Assembly (NCBI GenBank): GCA_026936335.1
Contig: JAPMXV010000030.1
Location: 1-64,000 of the forward strand
Origin: Mantamonas sphyraenae STR306
Lineage: Eukaryota; Protista; CRuMs
Reading direction: 5' to 3'
Length of the DNA stretch: 64,000 nt
The translations under genes and the position numbers were made by a program. Under the pieces are notes generated by a model. The model was given only the letters and a program-made list of their open reading frames with translations. It ran no database searches and was not told the DNA's origin. Positions 34,001 to 48,100 of this stretch are shown piece after piece; position 1 is the first letter of the stretch, and each line of letters begins with the position of its first letter.

Positions 34001-37000
34001 ACGGTGTCCGTTTCGCCCTCGACCAGTGGGGCTACGCGGGTGCGTCTCTCGACCCGGTTGCGCCCCAGTACACCTGCACTGCCTTTCTGCCCGTCGCCAC
34101 CGCCACAAACGCCGCCCTTCCGGGTATCAGCTTTGCGGGCGGTTCCTCAGACACTGTCCTCCTGTCCCGCCCGCTCTCCGTACCCCAGCCGTCCCTCGTC
34201 GGAATCCCCTCCAAGATTGCCCTTGTCGCGGACGTACCCATGGCACTCGGACAGGCCTACCCGCTTGTGGTTGTGCCGCTCAACGGTTCCACCGCCCAGA
34301 TGACCCTTCAAGTTGCCGCCGGTCCCACTGGTCGCTTGACCGCCGCCACCGGAGGCCCGCTCCCTCTCCTCTCCGCCTCGGGCAACGCCACCGAGCTCCA
34401 GGCCTTCTGGGCTTCGCTCTCGCTCGTATACAACACGACCACACCCAATCCGTCTCTCACGGTCACCATCGACGCAGCCACGACCTACACCGTCCCTGTC
34501 CAACTTGCATGCATCGCCACATCCGCTGCCCACGGACAGGCGGGAACTTCTGCTGCCGACGTCGCACATGCCCTCGTCGCAGACAACGCTGGCAACGCCT
34601 ACATCGGCGGCTACACGAGTGGTGCCTTCCCCGGCTTCGCCAACCAGGGCACCGACGGCGTCGTCGCCAAGCTCGACCAGAACCGCGAGCTCCTTTGGGC
34701 CTACCAGCTCGAGTTTTCCACCAGCGATGCCGTCGAGGCCATCGCAGTTGATCCAAACTCGGGCAACCTGTATGCTGTCGGCTGGGTCGATGCCGCCATT
34801 CCGCCTGTCCAGGCCTACGGCGGCGCACGCGACATCCTGGCCTTCAAGCTCGACGCAGATGGAAACCGCCTCTGGATCACCACTCTCGGTGGCTCCGGTG
34901 GTGAGCAGGCTGCCACCGCTGCCTTTGATGCCGCACGTGGTCTCCTCTTCCTCGGCGCAACCACGGCCAGTGCCTCCATTCAGGGACACGCTTCTCTCGG
35001 CGGCATCGATCTCTTCTTTGCCACCCTGCATGCTTCCAATGGTTCCCTTGTGTGGTCTGCTCGCCACGGCACCGCCCAGAACGACTATGTCAACGCGGTC
35101 GCCCTCGCTGCAGACGGCTCCTTCTTTGCTGCTGGTTACACCTTTGGAGCCCTCCAAGGCCAAACACAGCTCGGTGCCTCTCAGAATGCCTATATCGCAC
35201 GTTTCAACCCCACCGGTGCCCTTCAGTGGGCCTTCCAGTGCGGAGACGGTCTCTATGGCCAGGATGTTGCCCTCTCTTCCGATGCTGCTTCCGTCTACCT
35301 GGCCGCATACGGCTCCTCTGGCGCCGCCTTTATCTACTACGACAACGACGCCTCTTTCCGCCGCATCGAGAGTGCAGGCCTCATCGACGCCATTCTCTTC
35401 AGCTTCGAGCCCACAACGGGTGCCATCCAGTGGCGTCGCACGCTCGCAGGTGCTGGAAACGACTATGCCACTGCCCTCGCCCCGTTGCCCAACACAGATG
35501 TTGCCGTCGTCGGCTACACCTCGTCCAACCCGTTCATGGGCGTCGCACGCACGGGCTCCCTCGATGCTTTTGTGGTCGTCTACACCGCAGACGGCACTCG
35601 CGTAGAGAACCGCCTCGTCGGCGTCGCTTCGGCTTCGTACATTGCACGCGATGCTACCCTCGACTGTACGCCCGACACCCTTCTCCTTGGTGGCTACATC
35701 AACGCAGCCCTTCCGGGCAAAAGCCAACTCGGCGGCAACGACTTTGCCCTTTCTGTCGCACAGCTCGCTGCCCGCCAGCCTGCTGTCAATGGATTGCCTC
35801 AGGCCATCGAACTCACTCCCAACACCCCGTACGCCCTCGGTGCACTCCACCCCGTGGTCGTTCTCTCGGTTGCTGGTCCCGCCGCAGACATTCCCTTCAA
35901 TGTCTCCTGTGGTTCTTCCTGCACACTTACCGGCCCATCCATTGGCTCGGTTTCCTCATTGGTTCTCTCCGCAAACGCCTCTGCTCTCACAAACCTCTGG
36001 GCTACACTCGCCGTCACTTTCGACGGCACCGAGAACACACCCACCCTTGTCGTCAGCGCAGGCACTGCTTATGCACACCATGTGCCCGTGACCGTTCGTT
36101 GCGCCACAAACCCGCCTGTCAACGCTCTCGTGGGCCTGGCTGGCTCCGATCCGGGTGTCACCTCAGCCCTCGACGCCGCGGGCAACATGTACATCGCCGG
36201 TTACACCGATGGCTCCTTCCCGGGGTTCACCGCTGGCACTTTCGACGATACCTTCCTTGTCAAACTCGATCGCACGGGCACGCCCGTCTGGTACCACCAG
36301 TTCGCTCTGGCCGGTAATCAGCAGATCTACACCATGGCTGTCGACAAGCAAACAGGCGTCCCCTACGTGGGCATCCATTCGGAAACCGCCATTCTTGGCG
36401 CCTCCATTGTCGGTTCCTACGACAACATCCTTGTCAAGTTCGACCCGGTGTCTGGCCAGCCACAGTGGGCTGCTCTTGTCGGTTCCACAGGCCACGATAT
36501 TCCACGCGGTGTCGTCGCCATGAACGGCCGTGCCTGCATGGTCGGCAACGTCCAGGGTAACATCCCGGGCTTCACACAAGTCGGCGGTGTCGATGCAATG
36601 GCTATGTGTGCAGATGCAAGGAACGGTACCATCCTCTATTCCGCTGGCGTCGGATCAGCCGCCACAGACCAGTTTATTGGTGCCGACCTTGCCTCCGATG
36701 GCACTCTCTACGCCGCCGGTGAAACCTGGGGTTCACTCGACGCGCGTGGCTTGGCCAACCAAGGTGGCACGGACATCCTCCTCACTCGTTTCAACGTCGA
36801 CGGCTCTATCGCCTGGACCCGCGCCATCGGCGGACCCGGCACCGATGCCGCCTATGCCGTCGCCGTCTCCCCCGACAATGCAAACGTCTACATCACCGGC
36901 GAGGCCACCAACGACCTCTTCTACATCGATTCCTCGGGCTCAAGGCGCGTCATCACACATGTGCCGGCCTCTGCACACGCCGTTCCCTTCTTCATCAAGG

Positions 37001-40000
37001 CAAGCTCGGCCGGCGAGATCCTCTTTGGCACAATGCTCAGCCCGTCGGCTGCCACCCGAGGCTTTGGCATCCAGGTCCGACCCAACCACGAGATCGTCAT
37101 TGCGGGCTACACGACTGCAAACCTCTTTGCCACTCGCCTCGGCACAACAGACATCTTCCACGCTGTCTTCAGGCCTGAGGGCAACCTCATGTACGGTGGC
37201 CAGTATGGCTATGCTGGCTTTAACGGTGTCTTCTACTTCGATCCCACAGACATCACATGCGACTCTGTAACCTACGCCATGTACCTCACTGCCAACCCGC
37301 CTCCCGGCACTTCGCTTGTCGGCGGCAACGACGCCGTCCTCATCAAGCGATCCCTCTACCCTCAGCAGCCCAGTATCTCTGGACTGCCCGCCGCTATTTC
37401 TGTTGACGCAACTGCCGCCTATTCTCTCGGTGCCCTCCACCCGATTGCCATCGACTCTTTGAACGGCCCGTCGGCAAACCTCCTTTTCAACGTCTCTTGC
37501 GGCGCCTCGTGTACCCTCTCCGGTCCCACGGTGGGTACCACCTCCGCCATCAACACCGTGGGCAACGCCACGTCCTTGGCCGCCCTTTGGAACTCGCTGT
37601 CCGTCTCCTTCACCGGTGCCGTCAGCGAACCCACTCTCACTGTTTCCGTTGGCTCTGTCTACGCCTACTCCGTCCCTGTCACGGTGCGTTGTGCGGTCAC
37701 CGCTGAGAAAACACGTTTCATTGGCACTGCCGCCGCAGACTACGTGAACGGCATGGCCATCGACGATAAGGCCAACACCTACATTGGCGGGTACACCCAG
37801 GGTGCTCTCCCAGGCAATTCCAACGCTGGCAGCAACGACTTTGCTGTCGTCAAGGTCGCCCGTGACGGTGTGCCCCAGTGGTACTTCCAGGCCGGTACAG
37901 CCAACAGCGACGTCCTGCTCAACATCGTTGTCGACCCCTCGCAGAACTACGTCTACGCCCTCGGTTACACCAGTGCCTCCATCTACGGTCACTCTGTGGT
38001 CGGGTCCAACGATGTTTTTGTCATGAAGCTCAACGCAGAGGGCCACCGTGTGTGGAGCACCATCCTCGGTAGCACCAGTGCAGACTACGCTGCAGCCGCA
38101 ACTGTTGGTACCGACGGCGAACTCTACGTTGCAAGCTACTTTGCCGCTGCCGCCTTTGGCCAGCCCCACCTCGGCTCCAACGATGTCTACATCCTCAAGC
38201 TCTCGGCCAAGAATGCCTCCCACCTCTGGACCCTGCCCATTGCCACCACCGCCAGTGATGTCCCGCGCGCCATCGAGGCTGCCTCGGACGGAACCTTTTA
38301 CGTCACAGGCTACACCGGCGGTTCGCTTGGAACGCTGCCCAACCAGGGAAGCAACGACATCTTTGTCACCCGCTTTGACGCACAGGCAAACATCCTGTGG
38401 ACCATCACCCTTGGTGGCACAGGCGCCGACGCTGCGGAAGCCCTGGCTGTCGCCTCCGACGCCTCGGCCATCTACCTCGCCTGTAGCATTGCCGGTGAGA
38501 TCAGGTACCGCGACCACCAGGGTAGCATCACTGCGACTGGCCGCCTCGGTGCTGGCCTTGCCCTCGCAAAGATCCTTCCTGACGGTTCCACCCAGTGGGT
38601 CCACACCTGGCAGCGCTCTCATGCCAACGACCGTTTCACAGGCGTCTCCATCCGTCCCTCGGGTGAGGTTGTCGTCTCTGGTCACCAGGCAGGCTCGCTC
38701 TTTGCCCCGCTCGTCGGCACTCGCGACGTCATCGCCGTTGCTGTTCTCCCGGACGGCACCCAAACATACGCAAAGACCTATGGCGCCGCCAGTGCCGATC
38801 TCAACACCGTCGCAGGCGCAGTCGACTGTAGCAACACCCTCGTCACCGTTGCGTACGGCTCCGGTGGCACTTTCCCGGGCACCACCGCTCTCGGCAGCGT
38901 CGATATCATCTTCAACCATGTCACCATCCCGGCCCCGCAGCCACGCATCAACGCCCTGCCCACCTACATCCAGGCCACCACTGGCCAGACGTATCCCCTC
39001 GGTGCCTCCCACCAGCTCAACCTCTTTGTTCCTGCAGGCACATATGCCAAGTACGCCTTTAACGTCACCTGCGATGCCTCCTGCAAACTCTCTCTCCCGC
39101 CCTTGGGCAACCAGTTGCAACTCATTGCAAACTCCTCCTCTTCCGTGGCCGTGTACGGCAACGCCTCGGCCCTCGCTGCGTGGTGGCCTTCCCTCGCGCT
39201 CACCTTTGACGGCTCCAACAACCTCCCGTCCCTGACCGTCTCCATTGGCGCACACACCACCTACGCTATCTCTGTCGCTCTGCGCTGCCCGATCCCGGTC
39301 ACCACAAACTCCCAGTTTGGTAGCAGCTCCACAGATGCACTCGCCGACGCTGTGGCAGACATCCACAACAACCTCTACGCCACAGGCTCCGCCGTCAATG
39401 CCCTCCCGGGCATGAGCAGCAGCGGTGCAGGTGACATTGCCGTCGTCAAGCTCAACCCGAGCGGTGCTCCGATCTGGTACTACCAGCGCGGCTCTGCCAG
39501 CGCCGACGCTGCCACTGGCATTGCTGTCGATCCCGTTACCGGCGACTCCTACGTCGTCGCAAACACCGCCGCTGCCCTTGCCGGCAGTCACGCAGGTGCC
39601 ACGGATCTCGTCGTCCTCAAGCTCAACGCACACGGTGTCCTCCTTTGGGAGTATCAGTACGGCACCACAGCCAACGACGAGGCCACCTCGATCACGCTCG
39701 CCGCAGATGGCCACCTCTACCTCACTGCACGCTATGCCAACGGACAAACACTCCTCGGCGCCGCTCCTCTCGGCGCAAGCGACGCCTTTGTCATCAAGGT
39801 CTCTCCCACAAACGGCACAGTCCTGTGGACACGCCGCCTGGGTACCGCCTCGGAGGACACAGCCACAAAGGTGGTCGACGCCTCTGACGCGCACATCTAC
39901 GTCACCGGCCTCACCCAAGGCACCATGGCCGCTCCAGGCAATGTCAACGCAAACGGGGTCTTTGTCACAAAGATCTCCTACACGGGTGTCGTCGCATGGA

Positions 40001-43000
40001 CCGCCCAATTCAGCGCCACTGCCACCGCAGCCATGCCCACCATTGCCGTCTCTCCCGACGCGTCGCTTGTCTACTGCACCATGACCCTTGTTTCGTCGCG
40101 TGCCACCGCCGTGGCCATCGGTGCAAACGCAGAGCCTCTCTTTGCCACCTTTGATGGCAACAGCAATGGCCTTGTGCTCGCCCAGCTCGACGCTGCAACG
40201 GGCACCTTCAAGTGGCTGCGCACGCTGCCCACTGTCGGCAACAGCAACGTCCATGCGCCCGTCCTGCACACCCTCCCGTCCGGTTCTGTGTACGTCTTTG
40301 GCACCACCACCGCCGCCGTCGCCGGCACCACCATCACGGGCTCCAAGGACATTTATGCCCTTCTCTATCATCGCGACGGGCGCACCACGGGCGTCGCCAC
40401 CTACGGCTTTGCCTCCACCGCCCTAGATCTCGGCGCCGCCATCGTCGGCTGCAATGGCCACGTACGCTTCCTCGGTGACGTCAGCTCCGCCCTTCCTGGA
40501 GCTGCGGCCGTTGGCGGCGCAGACATGTTCCACTTTTCTGCTGCTCTTCCCGTTGAACCGCCTCGCATTGTCGGTCTGCCTGCGCAGCTCGATGTCGACG
40601 CTGGCGTCCGCGCCTATGTCGGCGCAGCCAACCCGCTCACTGTCTACGTGCCATCCACCCAGAACACTCTCACTCAGTTCAACATCTCCTGCGGTCCCGA
40701 CTGTCTCGCCTGGTTTGGCGACACGGGCGTCGTGACAGCCCTGGTGACCAATTCCAGTTCCAACATCTCTGTCCTCGCTACCCCCGCCCAGTTCTCCGCC
40801 TTTTGGACTGGCTTCAGCGTCGCCTTCCACACACACACGGCCGCCCCGTCCATCCGTGTCCTGGCCAACTCCAACGCCTACACCGTGCCTGTCACCGTGC
40901 GCTGCAACTCGGTCAACGAGTTCACTCGCCGCGACCAGACCACCGCCGCAGACACGTCGGCCGCCCTGGCCATCGACAGGAACTCCGATGCCTTCCATGG
41001 TATCACCACCGCAGGTGCGCTCTTTGCCGCCAACGCTGGCAGCAACGACATCGCCCTCACCAAGGTCGATCGCACTGGCCAACGTGTCTGGGCCATCCAG
41101 TTTGGTAGCACTGCAGACGACTCCCTCGCCGCCCTTGCTGTCGGCAGGACTCATCTCTATGCAGCCGGCACCACGCAAGGTGCTCTGCCGGGACTTGCGG
41201 CCCCTGGAGCTCCCGACGCCTTCCTTGCCAAGATTGACAAGGCCACGGGCGAGCAGGTCTTCCTCAGCACGCCCCTGGCTCATGCGGCAGCAGACAACGC
41301 CGCCGCCGTCGCTCTGTCTCACGACAACTCGATTGCCTACCTCGTCGGCGATGTCACGGGTGCCCTGCCCAACACCACCAACGCCGGTAGCTCCGATGTC
41401 TTTGTGGCCGCCGTCCACACGAACAACGGCACCCTCGCTTGGGCTCGTCTCTTTGGCGTCGCCGCAGCCGACACGGCCCGCGCCGTGGCTGTCGATTCGC
41501 AACACTCCATCTGGGTCGTCGGCGCAGGTCAAGGCCTTGCAGGCCATCCTGCAAACGGCAACACCGACGTGCAACTGGTCCAGTATGCTCACAATGGCAC
41601 AGTGTTGCGCACCGCCCTCTTCGGCTCCACCGGCAACGACCTGGCTCACAGCCTCTGGATCGATTCGACCAACGCAGATCGCATGTACATCGCCGGTGAA
41701 GTTGACTCCGCAGCCACTTCGTTCTACGGAGACTCTGTCGCACACGGCGGCTCGTCAGGCTTTGTGATTGTCGTCGATCCAAACACCGCCGCACGCGTCT
41801 GGTCCACCGTCGTCTCCACCTCCGCCAACGACGCCATTCGGGCCGTCACTGTCAACCGCATCGGCTCCATTGTCATTGCTGGCACCACTGCAGGCTCTCT
41901 CTCTGGCCAAACCAATGCCGGCTCCGATGACGCGTTTGTGCGCGGCCTGCATCCTGCCAATGGCACCGTCCAGTGGACCCTGCAGCTGGGTTCTGCCCAA
42001 CAGGACATCTTGGTGGGCTTGTCCAGCGATTGCAACGGCTACCTCTACCTGGCTGGCCACACAAGCAACGCTGCCTTTGGCGGCGTCGCCCAGGTCGGCA
42101 CAAACATGTCGCCATGGCTGACAGTCGTGCAGACTCCAAACACGGCACCCATTCTTACCCTCAACGCCACCACCATGGTGGCTGTCGAAGACGAGGACCG
42201 CCCCCTGCCCTCCATCCACGTTTCCGACGTCGATGCGCTGCCCAACCACGTCTTCTCCTTCAACATCTCCGCCACTCGCGGCCAGCTTGCCTTTGCCGGC
42301 AACGCATCCTTCCTCAACGTCCACTTTGCTCCTGGCAAGAACAACGCCTCGTCGTCGCTGCTCTTTGACGCCACTCTGGCGCAGTTCAACGCCCAAGGCG
42401 CTGCCAACCTGCGCTACTTGCCCAACTTGCACAACCACGACGCAGACACAATCTACATCCATGTCAGCGACAACGGTGGCTGGGGAGGAGGTGGTGTCCG
42501 CGACACCTTGGCCACCATCGACGTGTCCTTCGTTGCCCGCAACGATCCCCTTGAGCGCGTATCGCCCGCTTGGATGGCCAACTACACCATGGACGAGAGC
42601 AGCAGCCTGGTGCTCCCTGTGCAACTCAGCGACGTCGATGCCCTGCCCGACATGGTCACCGTCGTCATTTCAGCTCAGCACGGCGCATTGACTCTCTCTT
42701 CCCTGGCCGGCATCTCCTTTGCCCAGGCAAGCGCCAACAACGGCTCCATGCTGCACTTCAACGGCACCCTGTCCAGCGTCAACGCTGCTCTGGCGTCCCT
42801 CACCTACCACTCGGCCTACCTTGGTTGGCACGACACGGTGTTCTTCCACGCCTGCGACAACGCAGAGGGGATTTCCTCGTGCACCCAGCAGACCACAAAC
42901 ATCACCGTGTTGCCCTTCAACAACCCCATCGTGTTTTTGCCTCCCGTCCCGCCCAGCTGGTTCACCACCCCGGAAGACATCACCTTCCTGATCGCACCGG

Positions 43001-44964
43001 GCTTCCATGTCGCCGATGCAGACCTTGCAGGCTACAATGCCAGCCTGCGCATCACGACTGCGTTTGGACGAGTCGACCTCGCTTCCACAGCGGGCATGTA
43101 CTTTGCCAACGCATCCACAGCTGCCAACCAGAGCTATGTCGAGGCCGTCGGTTCTCTCACGGCCCTGAACGCAGCCTTGGCGTCGCTGGCGTACCATCCT
43201 GCCTCGCAGTTCTCTGGCGTGGACACCATCCACGTCTCTATCAGCGACCAGGGTGCCCAGCAGGGAGCTCCCACGCATGTCAGCCACACAATGCAGGTGA
43301 ACGTCACCGCCGTGAACGACCCTGTCTTCTTTGTGGGCGGACCAAGCTCTGTGGTCTCTCTCCCGTCCCTGGCCGACACCAATGTCACCGGCTTTGCCGT
43401 GACCGACCTCGACGCAGCCGATTTCAACATGCGCCTCATCGCCTCTGTGCAGCACGGTCGCATTTCCATGTTGCAGCATCAGGACCAGATGTCCATCGAC
43501 ATCACAGACACTCTGACCAACCTCAACCTTGCCCTGGCCGACCTGCACTACTTCAGCGTGCCCGACCACGTCGGAGCCGATGCAATTGTGCTCACCGTCT
43601 ACGATCTGGGCAACTCGGGAGCAGGCCCGTCCTACTCGCGCCAACGTGTGGTCAACATCACGGTGACAGCCGTGCAACCCACCATTGTCTGGACTGGCAA
43701 CGCCAGCGACGGAAACATGTGGAACACGCCCTCCAATTGGAACCCAGTCCGTGTGCCCACCCCGGCCGACGTTGTCCTTATCAACAGCACCGCCATGGAA
43801 ACCGTGCAGCTCCAGTTGACAGAGAGCTCCGTCATCACCCTGGCACGCCTCAACGTCCTGGGCATGGCTTCCTTGAACATCACCGGCCACAATGCGTCGC
43901 TGGACATCCAACAAGGCGCCTTGTTCGCACCTGGCGTGTCCGTCTCCCTGCAGGCAGGCACCACGTTGGTGGCTCGCGGCAACGTTTATGCGCAAGGCGC
44001 AGTGCATCTGCACAGCGCCACGCTGATGACAGCCGCAGGTTCTCCTGCGTATTCCCTGCGTGTACCTGGCCATGTGTATGTGCACCCCGGCGTGTCACGT
44101 TTGCACGGCCTGCTCTTGCGCCTGGGAAGCCTGTCCATGCTTGAGAACGGTCTGGGTCTCAACCTGACCACCGGTGCCACGGCCACTCGTGTCGAGGTTG
44201 CATCGATGCTCAACTGGCAGCACGGCATCCTGGCAGGTCCTGGTTCCCTGGCGTTGCTGGCCACGGCCTCGGGCAGCCTCGCTGCAGGCGTATCCCTCGA
44301 CGCAAGCCACTTGCAGACTCTGCCTGGCAGCGTGCTCACCTCCCACTGGCTGTTCTGCGGCAATGCAGCCTCGCTGCGCGCTGCAGGCACCTGGTTGATG
44401 CAAGCACCGGTCACAGGCAACGTCAGCCAGCCTGTACGTCATTCCGGTGGCGAGCTTTGCGACATCGGAGCAGACCCCAGCGGCAACTGGACTCTGGCCT
44501 ACGCAGGCATGCCGCAACACACCCTGGTCATCCAGTCCAAGGTGCGCAACGAACCAGCCAGTGTCATGACCATCCAGACGGCCATCACGCACGTGTACGC
44601 CCACTGGCTGCAGCGTGGCACCGTCCATGGCATGCGCATGTTGCTGGATGCCCCATCTGTCGTCGTCGACTGGCACACCAGTGACATTCTGTCGCTGCAG
44701 TGCACACAGGCCCAGTTCAACAAGTACACCTTGCAGCCTGCCCGCATCCACTCCCTTTCTGTCGGTCAGGCCTGCGTTGTGCGCGTTCAGCCGCAGAGCG
44801 CATGCCACGTCACCACCCTTGTCCTCGACAAGGGACGCATCGACACCTACCAGGATGCCGTCATGACCATGGATGGCTCGATGGACTGGGTCAACGGTGA
44901 CGTCCTGCCCCACGGCACAAACGGACGCCTCGAGCTCATCGGCACGATGAACACCCGATTCTGA
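25026..44964 (+). CDS. Giant secreted protein (~6,600 aa): signal peptide, 11 x [SBBP-type beta-propeller + Ig/cadherin-like spacer], cadherin-like repeats, C-terminal beta-rich (beta-helix-like) region
   Basis: Signal exon 25026-25104 (MARQLRGIFLPLLLFVCLLALLPLTQ), in-frame intron 25105-25303, then one ~19.7-kb exon. Blade motif W..Q.GT...D....+A+D..GN+Y+AG.T...G..D++++K; cadherin-like NDxP...SDVD; WTG...WNTPSNW...VPTPADVV. Confidence 0.9.
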
Positions 44965-45114
44965 AGCAACGAACCGATCGAATGAGAGTTGACACACAAC
45001 AGGGGGGAGGGTGAGAGAATGAGAGAATGAGTTCGACTCGAAAAATTGCCCGCTGCTCCCCCAAACCCTTTCCATCCCTTTTCTTCGGCCTTTCCCGCCG
45101 CACAGACCACGGCG

Positions 45115-48100
45115 ATGTCCTCCTCGCCCCATTCGGTGCGATCGACAATCTCCCTGGCGTCTTTGGACCAGAGCGTGGGCGATTATCGCGCTGCCGTGTT
45201 GGCAGATGTCAACACGCCGCGTCGCATCTCCTTCTCGGAGCACATGCTGGACTCGATCAGCGAACTGGACATGGAAGAGGAAGAGGAGGCACATGAGGAT
45301 GTGTCGCACAACCAACTGGAGGCAGACATCCTGGCCTTGTCTTCGGACGATGCCTCGCATCTTCACGCGGAAGACCTTCACATCAGCGAACTGGTGCTGC
45401 AGGACGACCCTGTGCTCATTCCGACGTTGCGACTCACGCACGCTGTTCTGGAGCGCAACAACCACTCGCACGTAACCCCCGCGAGACGCTTAGCTGCACA
45501 GCAGGCGCGTGCGCAGCGACGGGCGAGCGTGACAAGCAACGCGCCCTCTGTGCTTTCGGCTCGGTCGCGCCGCGGCAGCAGCGACGACACATGGCGATCC
45601 GATATGTGGGAGGGTGCCGAGAGTACAAACTCACGCACCTACCACGGCTCCTTGCGTCCAGCGCAGGAGTTGCAACTGTGGAGCAAGGCCAAGGAGAACG
45701 ACTCACCGTTACCGGAGACCGTGCTTCGCACACGCAGCCGCTCGGGGTCAGTCGTCTCTGCGCTCACGACGACGGGCAATGTCAACGTAGAAACCGTTTG
45801 GCAGCTGCCTGTGAACAACCAGCCCACGCTGCACCACATGCTCCAGCAGCAGCAGACGCAAACGAGTTCCGCCGCGGACACGCATGTCTCTGCCCCCGTC
45901 ATTGCTTACATCAACGGTGTGCCCGTACCCATCAATTTGCCTGTGAATAGCATATCGCCCACTGCACATGTCCACGCATCGCGTCGACCATCGGGCGACC
46001 ATGTGCAGACGTGGGACGAGGACGCTTCACCTGCCTCTCCGCCTCGCCAACCACGGCGCCCGTTTACGCACTCCATCCATGTAAGTCCCGCACACAACGT
46101 CTGGCCCTGCCCCGTATTGCTCACGGCTTTGCCTTTCCCAGTGCGAATGGCAACATTGTGGGCAGTGACACTGACACCACCACCACACACAGCGTCGCAA
46201 TCAGCAGCTCGTACGCGAATGCTTTCACGCCTGGATGCTCGAGTCTGTGTGGCGCTCGCGTGCCCACGAACACCATGCACGTCAAATGGCGCGTGATGTG
46301 ATGTCGCGCTGGGCTCGCGTACTGGAGCCAGAGTACTGGCAAGCCAAACGAGCAGAGAAGAAACAGCTTGCACGTGTGTGGAGCGCATGGCGAGTCGTGC
46401 ACCAGGTTGAGCACGAAACGACCTTGGCCGATCGACATTTCAAGGCCACTTTTTGGCTACGATGGCAGCAATGCACGCGTGCCGTCCACATGGAGCGACA
46501 GGCGGCCGCGAAACACCGTGAAAAGTCGCTGCGCGCGTCGCTTCGGCACATGGGGCGTGTTGGGCGTGCTGTGCGCTTCATTCGATGGAAAGAATTGCGG
46601 TGTGTACATAGGAGTTTGGAGACATGGTACTTGGCGATGCGAGACGTGGTCGATTCGCGCAGCTCGATCCGGTCGTTGGAGGCCAAGCTGCGCAGGCGAT
46701 ACCTCAGGCACTGGCATGCACGGCTGCAATGGAGGCGGCGGGAGCGTGAGGCACACAGCCAGCGCGTGCACTGGCTGAAACGATACATGCTAGTAGCTTG
46801 GACAGAAGAAACGCGGCTGGCCCTGCAGAGCAAAACGGCGCGGGCCATGTATGCGCGACATCTGGCAACTTCGACGCTCATTCGCTGGCTGCGCTTCGTG
46901 CATCGGTGCCGCTGTGCCAAGGCGGTGCGCTGGAAGCTTGAGCTGACGACAAAAGAGCGCTGGATGGTTGCTTGGCGCATGGCGTGCATCCATCACCGAG
47001 CATACATGCAAGAGTGGCGACGAGCAGCGAGCATTGACCGCAAACGTTGCCTTTGGCGCAGTATGCAGGGATGGTTGTATGTGGTGCGCTGGCAGGACAG
47101 GCTGGTGGACGGTCTGATGGCGTGCCGCATGCTCAAGATGCGGATGGTGCGACGGTGGCAAAGGCGAATGTGGGTAGTGGAGTGTTTTGATGCATGGATG
47201 TCACAGGCCGTGGTGGCACGGTCGCAGGTGTGGTTGAACAGGGGCCTCCTGCTGGATGTGCTGGACGAGTGGCAATCCTCGCTGGCGCAGCGGCGTCGAT
47301 GGGCGTCGCAGCACCACAGACTGGCGGCACGGATGTGCTTGAGCGCATGGAGACGGTATGTGCGGTTGTGTGTGGTGCTGCGGGCGCGTGCGTCGGCCCA
47401 GCGCCAGCGTTTGCTGCACGAGTCGGCACGCAAGCTGTTGCGTGCGTGGTGGCAGGAGAGCGCACACAGCCTGCGCAGTGTGTTGTCTCCACTGCGCGAA
47501 GTGCAATCGCGACAAGGACGGCGTCTGAAGGAGCTGGCGTTCGACAGGTGGTGGGCCACGGTGGTGAAGTACGACCAGGCGAAACGGCTGCACAGACAGA
47601 CGTTGCTGCGCAAGTACTTTGAGATCATTGGATACGTGGAGTACCATATGTACGAGCGGGCACGCGTGCACCACGAGCACGTGAGTCTGGCCAAGGTGTG
47701 GTGGCGATGGCGCCGCTGGGCTTGGCAACGCGGACAGCTGAAGTGGATGCGTGCGCGGTGGCGACGACGCACGCTGTCGGGAGCATTTTGGGGCTGGCGA
47801 GCGGTGGTTGTCGAGCATGAGATGTACAATATGGACGAGCGCAGCTGGGCGGACTTTTTGGAGAGCGAGCGAGCAGACAGGCATGCCGCTTGTGTCGTGG
47901 AAGAAGCACCGAACAGGCGTAGACGCCGCAGTCGCAGCACGCGCAGCGCAGCATCGAGTAGCAGCAGCATCCTTGCTGGTTCAAGCTACACACGAGCCGT
48001 TGCCACGCAGCAGCGCAAGAACAAGCAACGGAAGAAGGCCAAGGGCAACGTCAAGGCCTCGCGCAGTAGCCCATTCATGTGGGACTACGGACACGATGTC

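Noticed and set aside
1337-44085. Long antisense or alternative-frame ORFs (e.g. 1337-4030, 18863-20908, 36940-40371)
   Set aside because: Shadows of GC-rich, C-ending codon usage in real genes; low-complexity translations with no motifs.
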